A DNA stretch of 63,144 nt, filler included, from Octopus bimaculoides (GCF_001194135.2; 4 parts of 4 records of this genome joined end to end with filler, not necessarily neighbours in it); one strand, 5' to 3'. Counted from the whole stretch's first letter, positions 1 through 10,770 are shown. The notes: generated from the letters alone by a model not told the origin. Made by a program: numbers and translations.

Positions 1-288
1 CTATTTCTAGCAGATACATGGACTATGTTGGTATTTACTGAGGAACAGTATATCTAAGACTACATAATTTAATGTGTTCTGTTTTTTTTTTTTAAATACG
101 ATATAGTATGATATGAAAGCTACATTAACTGCTATTTCTAGCAGATACATGGACTATGTTGGTATTTACCGAGGAACAGTATATCTAAGACTACATAATT
201 GAATGTGTTCTGTGGTTTTTTAAATACGATATAGTATGATATGAAAGCTACATTAACTGCTATTTCTAGCAGATACATGGACTATGTT
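1..288. repeat. Tandem repeat, 131/128-bp unit, about 2.2 copies, runs off the left edge
   Basis: CTATTTCTAGCAGATACATGGACTATGTT starts at 1, 132 and 260; units differ by a few substitutions and poly-T length. Confidence 0.95.
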
Positions 289-726
289 ATGGCATTCTCA
301 GTGTCATTAAATGAGACAGGCGATGTTGCTGTTTATTACCATATTAGGTCTGATCTAGCAAGTCTATAATCAAAATTCCTCCAACCATGAACATCCCAGT
401 TTTTTTTTCTGTATGCAGTGAAGCCTGGTCCTACTTATCCAATATGGTATGGTTTGAGTTGAAGGAGATTTAGCTACTGTTTCTAGCTCATGAAGCAACC
501 ACAACCATGTAGAGTCTACTTTGTTGTTGTTCAGCCCCAGGTCAACCTGGTTGAGTGGATTTATGATCAAAGCATTCCAAACATGACCATCCTGTGTTTT
601 TTTTCAAATTGCAGGGAATCCTAGGACCACATCATCTAAAATGTCAGCCTTTTTTTTTAAGATAGTAAAGTGTGATTGGAATCGAACTCGGAATCTTGGG
701 GTTAGTAGCCCGCGCATATAACCATA

Positions 727-983
727 GGCATAGTGGTCAAGAGCGCGGGCTACTAACCCCAAGATTCCGAGTTCGATTCCAAGCAGTGACCTAAACAATA
801 ATAATAATAACATCGAAAAATACCTTAGGAATGAGAACCCAGGTTCGAAATTTCCCCAAGACACCTGATGAAGGCTGGAGGGTATATCAGCCGAAACGTG
901 TTAACAACAAACAAGATGAAGATAAATATCTGTCAATCGTAAATAATGTACATAATTCATCATCTCTTAAATATAGAACTGTA
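727..983 (+). mobile_element. tRNA-headed SINE with hammerhead-ribozyme-like 3' part, copy 1
   Basis: A-box-like TAGTGGTCAAG and B-box GTTCGATTCC, then (AAT)n, then CTGATGA-GGCTG/CAGCC-GAAAC; homologous to 1229-1459. Confidence 0.85.
860..902 (+). ncRNA. Minimal type I hammerhead ribozyme motif (3-nt deletion after GAAAC relative to copy 2)
   Basis: GACAC 860-864, CTGATGA 865-871, stem II GGCTG 873-877 with CAGCC 888-892, GAAAC 893-897. Confidence 0.6.
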
Positions 984-989
984 TATTAG

Positions 990-1020
<31 letters not shown>

Positions 1021-1208
1021 CGGGTGACAAGTAAAAGCACCCACTACACTCTCTGAGTGGTTGGCATTAGGAAGGGCATCCAGCTGTAGAAACTCTGCCA
1101 AATTAGATTGGAGCCTGTTGTAGCCATCCAGTTGCACCAGTCCTCAGTCAAATCGTCCAACCCATGCTAGCATGGAAAGTGGACGTTAAATGATGATGAT
1201 GATGATGA
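1021..1208 (+). mobile_element. RTE LINE 3' end (family A)
   Basis: GTGGTTGGCATTAGGAAGGGCATCCAGCTGTAGAAAC...GGACGTTAAA followed by a (TGA)n tail. Confidence 0.85.
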
Positions 1209-1228
1209 TTATTATTATTATATGCATA

Positions 1229-1459
1229 CAGCATAGTGGTTAAGAGTGTGGGCTACTAACCCCGAGATCGATTCCAGTCAGTGACCTGAATAATAATAAT
1301 AATAATAACAACAACATTGAAAAATACCTTAGGAATGAGAACCCAGGTTCAAAATTTCCGCAAGACACCTGATGAAGACTAGAGGGTATATCAGCCGAAA
1401 CGTTGTGTTAGCAACAAACAAGATGAAGACAAATATCCGTCGAATGTAGATAATGTACA
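1229..1459 (+). mobile_element. tRNA-headed SINE with hammerhead-like 3' part, copy 2
   Basis: Colinear with 727-983, with a short deletion in the tRNA head. Confidence 0.85.
1364..1409 (+). ncRNA. Minimal type I hammerhead ribozyme motif (stem II mutated)
   Basis: GACAC 1364-1368, CTGATGA 1369-1375, GAAAC 1397-1401, GTT 1402-1404, GTGTT 1405-1409 pairing with GACAC. Confidence 0.6.
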
Positions 1460-1624
1460 AATGATTTAGCTTCTAGATCTTTCCTTCATGTTTGTCTTAA
1501 CTCCTGGTTTTATGATAACCTAAGTTTTGAACATTTGGTGACACACTGGAAGACAGAGAGAAGGTACTGGGTAGCTTTACCAGCTGGCTACAGAAAGATC
1601 TTGAGAGATATTGGGTGACATTAT

Positions 1625-1810
1625 GGCATAATTTTGGTTTTAGCACCCCATTATAACTCCTCATAATTTTTTATATTTTGGGGGAATTTTCAAAGAATTT
1701 TAATGAATTTGTGTTCTACACACAGGAATTCATGCGATTATGCAAATAATAATTTTAAAAAATTTTTTAATTCCCCCACCATCCAATAAATCATAAAATT
1801 TCCGCTTTTT
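1625..1810. mobile_element. Unclassified AT-rich interspersed repeat
   Basis: AGCACCCC-TTATA...CTCATAA-TTTTTATATTTTGG...GAATTT is homologous to about 12103-12330. Confidence 0.5.
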
Positions 1811-2213
1811 NNNNNNNNNNNNNNNNNNNNNNNNNNNNNNNNNNNNNNNNNNNNNNNNNNNNNNNNNNNNNNNNNNNNNNNNNNNNNNNNNNNNNNNNNN
1901 NNNNNNNNNNNNNNNNNNNNNNNNNNNNNNNNNNNNNNNNNNNNNNNNNNNNNNNNNNNNNNNNNNNNNNNNNNNNNNNNNNNNNNNNNNNNNNNNNNNN
2001 NNNNNNNNNNNNNNNNNNNNNNNNNNNNNNNNNNNNNNNNNNNNNNNNNNNNNNNNNNNNNNNNNNNNNNNNNNNNNNNNNNNNNNNNNNNNNNNNNNNN
2101 NNNNNNNNNNNNNNNNNNNNNNNNNNNNNNNNNNNNNNNNNNNNNNNNNNNNNNNNNNNNNNNNNNNNNNNNNNNNNNNNNTTGAGAAAATTTCAAAAAG
2201 TGAAATGTTATGA

Positions 2214-2587
2214 GGTGTAGGAGTGGCTTTGTGGTAAGTAGCTCGCTCGCTTACCAACCACATGGTTCTGGGTTCAGTCCCACTGCATGGCACCTTGGGC
2301 AAGTGTCTTCTACTATAGCCTCGGGCCGACCAAAGCCTTGTGAGTGGATTTGGTAGACAGAAACTGAAAGAAGCCCGTCGTATATATGTATATATATATG
2401 TGGGTTTGTGTGTCTGTGTTGGTCTCCCCCCAACATCGCTTGACAACCGATGCTGGTGTGTTTACGTCCCCGTCACTTAGCGGTTCGGCAAAAAGTGACC
2501 GATAGAATAAGTCCTGCGGTCGATTTGCTCGACTAAAGGCGGTGCTCCAGCATGACCACAGTCAGATGACTGAAACGAGTAAAAGAG
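2214..2587 (+). mobile_element. SINE family B, full length
   Basis: tRNA-like head, CACCTTGGGCAAGTGTCTTCTAC, central TA/GT microsatellite, GTAAAAGAG tail. Confidence 0.9.
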
Positions 2588-2594
2588 GGGTTAT

Positions 2595-2850
2595 GGGGGT
2601 GTTTAAACTAGAATTCCGCTGGCTACGGAATGAGAAAGGCAGAGAGAGAGAGAGAAAGATCTAGGAGGATCTTACCAGTTGACTACGGAAGGACTGGCTA
2701 CACAAAGACATTACTGGAGTGAGACAGACGGACAGGGGAGTTAGCGGGTGGCTTTACCAGCTGGCAACAGAAGGACTGGCGTAGAAAAAGAGAAGATATT
2801 GGGCGACCTAACCAGCTGGCTGCAGAAAGATGGGCCCAGAGAAAAAAAAA
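2595..2850. repeat. Degenerate minisatellite with ACCAGCTGGC-ACAGAA-GA core; a further unit at about 1575-1620
   Basis: Motif recurs near 1579, 2675, 2757 and 2811. Confidence 0.5.
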
Positions 2851-3009
2851 CAAAAAACAGAGAGGTATTAAGGAGCCTTACTTGTAGGCTGACTCATCAT
2901 TATTATGTTATGTAGGACAGGGCAGAGAAAGTTGGTTCTGTAAGGACGGCACGATAAAGAATTACAGTTGTCTCCCTTAACATCAACAAAAAAGTAAGAA
3001 AGATAACTC

Positions 3010-3212
3010 TTCTCTTACTATTTGTTCTCATATTTTTAAAATCATACGACTGCGGCCATGCTGGGGCGTAGCCACGAGAGGCTTTAATCGAATTAATCGA
3101 CCCCGGAACTAATTTTCTTTGTCTAAGCATATTCTATCAACCTCATTTTGCCGAACCGCTACAGGGACATAAACAAGCCAAAGCCGATTGTCAAGCGGTG
3201 GAGGGAGACACA
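3010..3212 (-). mobile_element. SINE family B, 3' half, diverged
   Basis: GACTGCGGCCATGCTGG...TTTTGCCGAACCGCTA...GATTGTCAAGCG. Confidence 0.8.
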
Positions 3213-3265
3213 GCAGGTTACCAGTATCGCTACGCCTGAGCGAAATGTGTGTGCGTGTGTGTGAA

Positions 3266-3740
3266 CAGTAATCCCTCAGTTATTCCCCCCACCCCTCGCG
3301 ATAGGTAAAAATCTGCGAAGTAGAAACAGTATTGTACTGTATATATATATATATTTATTATTATTATTATAATTTGTATATATTTAAACAGCACCACACA
3401 CACACACACTTCTCTCTAGTTTCGTTTTCCATAGAGTATGTGCGATTCTTTGTTTATTCATCTACGGTACACTACGTATTTTCTTTTAATATATTTTAAT
3501 TAATGTGTTATACAGTGCAGTATTGTACTGTATTTTCATTTAATTTTTAGGCGTAAAAATGCATATTTTACCACAGAAATAATTAAAATCTAAAAAAAAC
3601 AAAAAAACAAATATTTATTGGCCACAAAACCCTACAATACACTGAGGAGTCCGTGGTATCAATTTACATATATGAGCCAGAAAAATCCGCGATGTATTGT
3701 GGACGCGATAGGTGAACAGCGATATGGCGAGTGATTATTG
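3266..3740. mobile_element. Tigger/pogo-type MITE
   Basis: Left end CAGTAATCCCTC; right end TGAACAGCGATATGGCGAGTGATTATTG followed by TA; imperfect TIR of Tigger type. Confidence 0.65.
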
Positions 3741-3789
3741 TATATATGATAGGCATCCATAGAGTTTCCATTCTAACAAGGCTTCGGTC

Positions 3790-4650
3790 AACCCTGGGCT
3801 ATTGTAGGTGTCACGCAGGTTGCCCAATATACAAGGAGCAACAGCAACAAAAACAAGAAGAAAAATAACAACAACAAAAACAACCACAACAACAAGAAAA
3901 CCAATGCAAAAACCAGCACTGCGACCCACACTGCCATGTGCACAGCCAGGAAATGAAAGAACATCAGCAACCAACAAGCCAGCCCAACCGAACGACACCC
4001 TGATCAGCACCACCAAGAAGAGAAACAACAACAACAACAACACCACCAACAACAACAACTATAGAAGCACTAAACGAAGAAGAGAAAAATAGGACTCATA
4101 TTCCACTCCCAAAAACCCATACACCACACCCTAACTGTCACCAACCAGCACCAACACCAACAACAAAATCAACATTAACACATTCAGAAATAGACTCCCT
4201 ATAACCTTCGTCTCCCATTTTCTGATTCCTCAGATATGTCGTCCGATGTAGGTGACACAGAGGAATGGCAAGTGGCCACAGGGGGAAGGAGAAAAGGGGG
4301 TGGGGAGAATAGAGAAGTAAACAAACAAAGCAGGGAGGTTTGCCACTCCTGAAACCAAAAACAGCCACAGAAAACAAAAACATTGACATAAACACAGAAA
4401 CACAATGAATTCACACTGCTGACAAGCAATAAACACAAACAATTCAGACCTAATGCGATACATTAGGTCAAAGACCAGCATGACAGACAACAATGTCAAA
4501 ACAAACAATCACCCATGCACAACACCACCACAACATTTTAAAATTCCTACATGTGACACAAAACACACACAACACAAAGAAATTTCTCTACCCGGATGCA
4601 GTAGGGAGCTTTCAAAAGTACTTATCGAAAAAAAAAAAAATGTACAAAAA
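3790..4650 (+). pseudogene. Possible decayed LINE ORF1-like low-complexity coding remnant
   Basis: Strongly A/C-biased strand; peptide SDSSDMSSDVGDTEEWQVATGGRRK near 4222-4297; many stops and frameshifts. Confidence 0.25.
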
Positions 4651-4664
4651 CCTTCTCAGAGAAG

Positions 4665-5099
4665 ATTGTTGGCACTCCGTCACTTACAACATCGAGGGTT
4701 CCAGTTGATCTGATCAACGGAACAGCCTGCTTGTGAAATTAACGTGCAAGTGGCTGAGCACTCCACAGACACGTATACCCTTAACGTAGCTCTCGGGGGG
4801 GATATTCAGCATGACACAGAGTGTGACAAGGCTGNNNNNNNNNNNNGATATTCAGCGTGACACAGAGTGTGACAAGGCTGACCCTTTGAATTACAGGCAC
4901 AACAGAAACAGGAAGTGAGAGTGAGAGAAAGTTGTGGTGAAAGAGTACAGCAGGGTTCGCCACCATCCCCTGCCGGAGCCTCGTGGAGCTTTTAGGTGTT
5001 TTCGCTCAATAAACACTCACAACGCCCGGTCTGGGAATCGAAACCGCGATCCTATGACCGTGAGTCCGCTGCCCTAACCACTGGGCCATTGCGCCTCCA
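4665..5099 (-). mobile_element. SINE family D, full length
   Basis: On the minus strand: head TGGAGGCGCAATGGCCCAGTGGTTAGGG...TTCGATTCCC and tail GGAGTGCCAACAAT. Confidence 0.9.
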
Positions 5100-5366
5100 G
5101 CCACATATGTAACCTTCAGAAAAACAGTGTACCATATAATAACACTTTGTCTATCTGATACTGGAGTACCATTCTAGGGCACAAATGTCCTGTGTTGGCC
5201 ACACAGAGCCTATACAAATCCTATAACATAGTCTACTGCAATTTTTAAACAGGCAAAATGGAGTGTTTACCACTTATTTCTACCAGTTCATCAAAATGTT
5301 TTGATTTTAATCACAAAATTGTAATAAATAGAAATAGGCTTGGTTTAATAGAAATAGACCTGTCCT

Positions 5367-5593
5367 GGAGAGCTGGCAAAAACGTTAGCACGCCGGGCGA
5401 AATGCTTAGCGGTATTTCGTCTGCTGTTATGTTCTGAGTTCAAATTCCACTGAGGTCGACTTTGCCTTTCATCCTTTCGGGGTTGATTAAATAAGTACCA
5501 GTTACGCACTGGGTCAATGTAGTCGACTTAATCCCTTTGTCTGTCCTTGTTTGTCCCCTCTATGTTTAACCCCTTGTGGGCAATAAAGAAATA
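5367..5593 (+). mobile_element. SINE family C with 17-bp TSD
   Basis: AGAAATAGACCTGTCCT at 5350-5366 and 5594-5610; B-box GAGTTCAAATTCC; core CTTTCATCCTTTCGGGG. Confidence 0.9.
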
Positions 5594-6050
5594 AGAAATA
5601 GACCTGTCCTTTATGTCCACACCCTTGCATGTAATCTGTCCTTGATAAGCCTTCCTGACCCCAACAAGCCTCTCCCCCTGCCGACCCATCTCCCTAGTGC
5701 CTACCCCATCCCTCCATGCAAGTTCACTAATCACTGTATTATCTTCTCTTCTATCTCCCACTATCCTTTCCCATCCTCACAAACAAACCTACCTCACATG
5801 CAATGTCTCTTCTCCCTATTGAATCTCTCCTCCCCCCCCCTGCAGCATAAACGCCTAACACCCCACCACTTNNNNNNNNNNCTTCACCTCATATAAATCT
5901 CCCTGTAACTTGAATGAGACTCCCCACCACCACCACCACTGCCCTATCTTCATCATCTTCTCTCCTTCCTCCGCCCCCCTCTCTCCCTCTCTTTCAACCA
6001 ACAGGAATTTCAACCATGTTTCGTGGTCTGTTACCACAACAGCTCCTTTA

Positions 6051-6396
6051 TAGGATCCAGTTAGCTCAAGACATCATCAGGAGGAACCACGTCCGGTTTC
6101 AGCCTCTACTCCTCTACCGTTTTGACGTGGCGGGTCCCCCCTTCCTTTCGGAGGTGTCTTCAGCTCTGGTGTTGGGTGCATGTCTTCTTTCTTCTTCACA
6201 CTTATCACTGTTCTAATTCAACTGTGGAATGTCCCTCGCTATGGTTATTTTCCAGGAGGTTCTGGCCACACGTCTTACGTTTCATTAACCCGCATTGTTG
6301 AATTACTTTCTTCTGACATACCTTCCCTTGGAGGATTAGGATCCAGTAAGCTCAAGACATCATCAGGAGGAACCACATCCGGTTTCGGCCCCTACA
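6051..6396. repeat. About 60-bp direct repeat pair, 286 bp apart
   Basis: TAGGATCCAGT(T/A)AGCTCAAGACATCATCAGGAGGAACCAC(G/A)TCCGGTTTC at 6051 and 6337. Confidence 0.9.
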
Positions 6397-6921
6397 AGCT
6401 TCTCGTCCTCATGTATCAGAGGTATATCATATGCTTATTTAATCCTTTAGCATTCTACCTATTATGACCAGCTTCACCTAACACCAATAATCTCCACTGC
6501 TCATGCAACTTTATCAACAGAATTCCAGCATTTATTATAATTGTTATGAACATTGATCAGCCTCTCTTTTTATCGAACACTTGTGATCTAAACTCCCTGT
6601 TACATTCATTTTTTTACCCTCATGTGTTCATGTTTAAATATAATCTGACCTGACACCAGCTGTTTGCCTGTATGATGTCTGTATAATGGTAACAATGAGC
6701 TAATTGTATACAATGCAAAAACTGACATATAAGTCAAGTTAAGGAAAGCAGCCGTGATAGTAGAGTACATGTGTATATAGAAGTGTGTGTGTGTGTGTGT
6801 CATCATCACCACCACCACCACCAGCGCCGCCACTGCCACCACTATTTAATGTTTGTTCTCCATGCTGGTTGGTTTCACACTTGGGCACACGGCCAGCAAT
6901 TACAGGGGATTATATTGACTA

Positions 6922-7202
6922 CAGTGCCCCTGGACTGGCTCTTGTGCGGGTGGCACATAAAATACACCATCTTGAGCGTGGCCGTTGCCAGTACCGCCTG
7001 ACTGGCCTTCGTGCGGTTGACACGTAAAAGCACCCACTACACTCTCAGAGTAGTTGGCGTTAGGAAGGGCATCCAGCTGTAGAAACTCTGCCAAATCAGA
7101 TTGGAGCCTGGTGTAGCCATCCGGTTTCACCAGTCCTCAGTCAAACCGTCCAACCCATGCTAGTATGGAAAGCGGACGTTAAACGATGATGATGATGATG
7201 AT
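6922..7202 (+). mobile_element. RTE 3' end (family A)
   Basis: Two UTR repeat units, the family A core and a (GAT)n tail. Confidence 0.85.
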
Positions 7203-7211
7203 ACAGTGTCC

Positions 7212-7357
7212 AATTGGTCCTTGTATTATTGGCTTTGATAGGATGAAACCTAAATACAACCTCGGCGGGATTAGAACTCAGAGTGTAAAGACTGACGAAA
7301 TGCCACCGAGCATTTTGTCCAGTGTACTGAGAATTCTGCTGACTCATAATCCTTAAT
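7212..7357 (-). mobile_element. SINE family C, diverged
   Basis: GGATGAAA...GAACTCAGAGTGTAAAGACTGACGAAATG. Confidence 0.7.
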
Positions 7358-7466
7358 AATCATTACTAAGAATAAAATATTGAAAAATAAGAAACAAAAA
7401 AAAAAAGCAAACCAAATTATCACAGACTGTCTTTTTTTTTTTTGATGTCTTGCAAGTACTTGGTGA

Positions 7467-8195
7467 CCCTGTCAGTGCAGGTACCAACTTAAAAGCACCT
7501 AGTCCACACTGTAAAGTGGTTGGTGATATGAAAGGCATCCAGCTGCAGAAATCTTGCCAAAACTGACCTCACCTTTGCCACGTAAAAAGGACTACTCACC
7601 TCACCTGTGCTTGTTCCATGTAAGGAGCACTAAGTCCACTCTGCTGAGTGGTTGGTGATAGGAAAGGCATCCAGCTGCAGAAATCTTTNNNNNNNNNNNN
7701 NNNNNNNNNNNNNNNNNNNNNNNNNNNNNNNNNNNNNNNNNNNNNNNNNNNNNNNNNNNNNNNNNNNNNNNNNNNNNNNNNNNNNNNNNNNNNNNNNNNN
7801 NNNNNNNNNNNNNNNNNNNNNNNNNNNNNNNNNNNNNNNNNNNNNNNNNNNNNNNNNNNNNNNNNNNNNNNNNNNNNNNNNNNNNNNNNNNNNNNNNNNN
7901 NNNNNNNNNNNNNNNNNNNNNNNNNNNNNNNNNNNNNNNNNNNNNNNNNNNNNNNNNNNNNNNNNNNNNNNNNNNNNNNNACCTTTGCCACGTAAAAAGG
8001 ACTACTCACCTCACCTGTGCTTGTTCCATGTAAGGAGCACTAAGTCCACTCTGCTGAGTGGTTGGTGATAGGAAAGGCATCCAGCTGCAGAAATCTTTCC
8101 AAAACAGTCTGGTGCAGGCTTCGGCCTGGCCAACCCTTGTGGTACCGTCCCACTCATGCTAGCATGGAAGATGGATGTATTAATGATGATGATTA
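7467..8195 (+). mobile_element. Diverged RTE 3' ends (family A variant), partly duplicated across a gap
   Basis: GTGGTTGGTGATA-GAAAGGCATCCAGCTGCAGAAATC appears three times; 7571-7688 is identical to 7981-8098. Confidence 0.75.
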
Positions 8196-8505
8196 TGAAT
8201 TATTACTTAATAGTACATTGACAATCATGTGGAGGAGTCACATTAGCTGATTGTACCTTCTTCCCCAGAATGCATATCTTGTACCTGATACGATTATTGC
8301 ATTATCTAATGACTCTGTTGCCTTCAAGAGACATTTCTTTAATTATCAAAATTCTCTTGACCAAAATATACATTGATCTAAAAGAAGATAAAGTTGAAAT
8401 AGGATACTCATGTTAAATTAACGGTTTGATACTCTGTTCCATTAAATTGTCAAACTGTTGTACTTTTATGCACAGAATCATACATTTTCCCCTACAAAAC
8501 TACTT

Positions 8506-8610
8506 TAACTCTTTAACATTTCAACTAGTCATATCTGGCCCCAAATATTCTACCTGTTTTATGTTCAAATCAACCAGATCCAGCCTCTTACACCTGCCCT
8601 ACAATATAGA
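8506..8610 (+). mobile_element. piggyBac-type MITE (family G), left fragment
   Basis: TTAACTCTTTAACATT...CAAATATTCTACCTGTTTTTATGTTCAAA; homologous to 33649-33873. Confidence 0.7.
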
Positions 8611-8630
8611 AGCAGTAGTATGCAGGTGTG

Positions 8631-9004
8631 CACTCCGTCGCTTACGACGTCGAGGGTTCCAGTTGATCCGATCAACAGAACAGCCTGCTCGTAGAAATTA
8701 ACGTGCAAGTGGCTGAGCACTCCACAGACACGTGTACTCTTAACATAGTTCTCGGAGAGATTCAGCGTGACAGTGTGACAAGGCTGACCCTTTGAATTAC
8801 AGGCACGACAGAAACAGGAAGAAAGAGTGAGAGAAAGTTGTGGTGAAAGAGTACAGCAGGGTTCGCCACCATCCCCTGCTGGAGCCTCGTGGAGCTTTAG
8901 GTGTTTTCGCTCAATAAACACTCATAACGCCCAGTCTGGGAATCGAAACTGTGATCCTATGGCCGCGAGTCCACTGCCCTAACCACTGAGCCATTGCGTC
9001 TCCA
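8631..9004 (-). mobile_element. SINE family D with 8-bp TSD
   Basis: CAGGTGTG at 8623-8630 and 9005-9012. Confidence 0.9.
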
Positions 9005-9024
9005 CAGGTGTGTACTGTAACAGT

Positions 9025-9515
9025 ATGTGAAAGGCCAGATCTGGCCAGTTTGAACAGGTACAATACATTGGCTGCATTTCGCATTCAGATTACTCTGTCA
9101 AATGTAATGCTTATTTATTCAAATTGTCTTAGATTTAAATCAGGCATTGTCTTGTAGCTTCAAGATTCTGATGATGTGATAATTTATTTCTAGAATGACA
9201 TTGTAGAGTAGATGTGAAAAGGTGGATCTAGCCTTGTTTTGAATTAATCATGCATCATTTCATAGCTTTGAGATTTTGATCATTTCATTATTTATTTTTA
9301 GAATGACATTCTAGGGTAGGTGTGAGATCTGGCCAGGTAGAATCCATTGGCCGGGTATGACCAGTTTAAAATGCTAAAGAGTTAATCATTTAGCATCCGG
9401 ATTACTCTGTCAAATGTAATGCTTATTTATTCACATTGTTTTGAATTAATCATGCATTGTCTCAAAGCCTTGAAATATTAATGACCTAATCATTTATTTT
9501 TAGATTGACATTGTA
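9025..9515. mobile_element. Cluster of 2-3 rearranged family G MITE fragments
   Basis: GATTACTCTGTCAAATGTAATGCTTATTTATTC appears twice; terminus AATGCTAAAGAGTTAA at about 9370-9385. Confidence 0.7.
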
Positions 9516-9630
9516 GGCACATGGCCTAGTGGTTAGGGTGTTGCACTCATGCTTGTCAGATCATGGGTTCGATTCCTGAACTGGGTGGCATGTGTTCTTG
9601 AGCAAAACACTTCATTTCATGTTGCTCTAG
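9514..9630 (+). mobile_element. tRNA-headed SINE family E, 5' part
   Basis: GGCCTAGTGGTTAGGGTG...GGTTCGATTCC...TGTGTTCTTGAGCAAAACAC. Confidence 0.75.
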
Positions 9631-9708
9631 TGCTGAGTGAGGACTAGCATGTCAAAGAATAGACCCATCGTTTCCTCTGCATGTTGGTGATGCCCTACTC
9701 CTAACAGA

Positions 9709-10009
9709 GTGGAGGCGCAATGGCCCAGTGGTTAGGGCAGCGGACTCACGGTCATAGGATCGCGGTTTCGATTCCCAGACCGGGCGTTGTGAGTGTTTAT
9801 TGAGCGAAAACACCTAAAGCTCCACGAGGCTCCAGCAGGGGGTGGTGGCAAACCCTGCTGTACTCTTTCACCACAACTTTCTCTCACTCTTACTTACTGT
9901 TTCTGTTGAGCCTGTAATTCAAAGGGTCAGCCTTGTCACTGTGTCATGTTGAATATTCCCCGAGAACTACGTTAAGGGTACACGTGTCTGTGGAGTGCTC
10001 AGCCACTTG
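9709..10009 (+). mobile_element. SINE family D, 3' end lost in gap
   Basis: GTGGAGGCGCAATGGCCCAGTGG head and body colinear with the other D copies. Confidence 0.9.
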
Positions 10010-10639
10010 NNNNNNNNNNNNNNNNNNNNNNNNNNNNNNNNNNNNNNNNNNNNNNNNNNNNNNNNNNNNNNNNNNNNNNNNNNNNNNNNNNNNNNNNNNN
10101 NNNNNNNNNNNNNNNNNNNNNNNNNNNNNNNNNNNNNNNNNNNNNNNNNNNNNNNNNNNNNNNNNNNNNNNNNNNNNNNNNNNNNNNNNNNNNNNNNNNN
10201 NNNNNNNNNNNNNNNNNNNNNNNNNNNNNNNNNNNNNNNNNNNNNNNNNNNNNNNNNNNNNNNNNNNNNNNNNNNNNNNNNNNNNNNNNNNNNNNNNNNN
10301 NNNNNNNNNNNNNNNNNNNNNNNNNNNNNNNNNNNNNNNNNNNNNNNNNNNNNNNNNNNNNNNNNNNNNNNNNNNNNNNNNNNNNNNNNNNNNNNNNNNN
10401 NNNNNNNNNNNNNNNNNNNNNNNNNNNNNNNNNNNNNNNNNNNNNNNNNNNNNNNNNNNNNNNNNNNNNNNNNNNNNNNNNNNNNNNNNNNNNNNNNNNN
10501 NNNNNNNNNNNNNNNNNNNNNNNNNNNNNNNNNNNNNNNATAAATAAATAAATAAATAAATAAATAAAGGGTGTGTTATTTGGGGGGGGGGTACAAAAAG
10601 AAGTCTTGCCCCTACGCCCTTCTTTTTTTTTTTTTTTAA

Positions 10640-10770
10640 TGTCTGGAACTTATCCTATCGGTTTCTTTTGCTGAACCGCTAAGTTACGGGGGACATAAAC
10701 CAAACCAACAACGGTTGTCAATCACTGGTTGGGGGACAATCGCAAATTCAAAGACACACACACACGCATG
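10640..10770 (-). mobile_element. SINE family B, 3' half fragment
   Basis: CTATCGGTTTCTTTTGCTGAACCGCTAAGTTACGGGG. Confidence 0.75.

Noticed and set aside
6051-6110. Canonical hammerhead ribozyme on the minus strand
   Set aside because: Only CCUC lies between the putative cleavage site and CUGAUGA, so stem I cannot form. Kept only as a low-interest repeat finding.
9709-9790. tRNA gene, and likewise at the heads of families B-E
   Set aside because: A and B boxes are present, but there is no complete acceptor stem, and each continues into a multi-copy SINE body.
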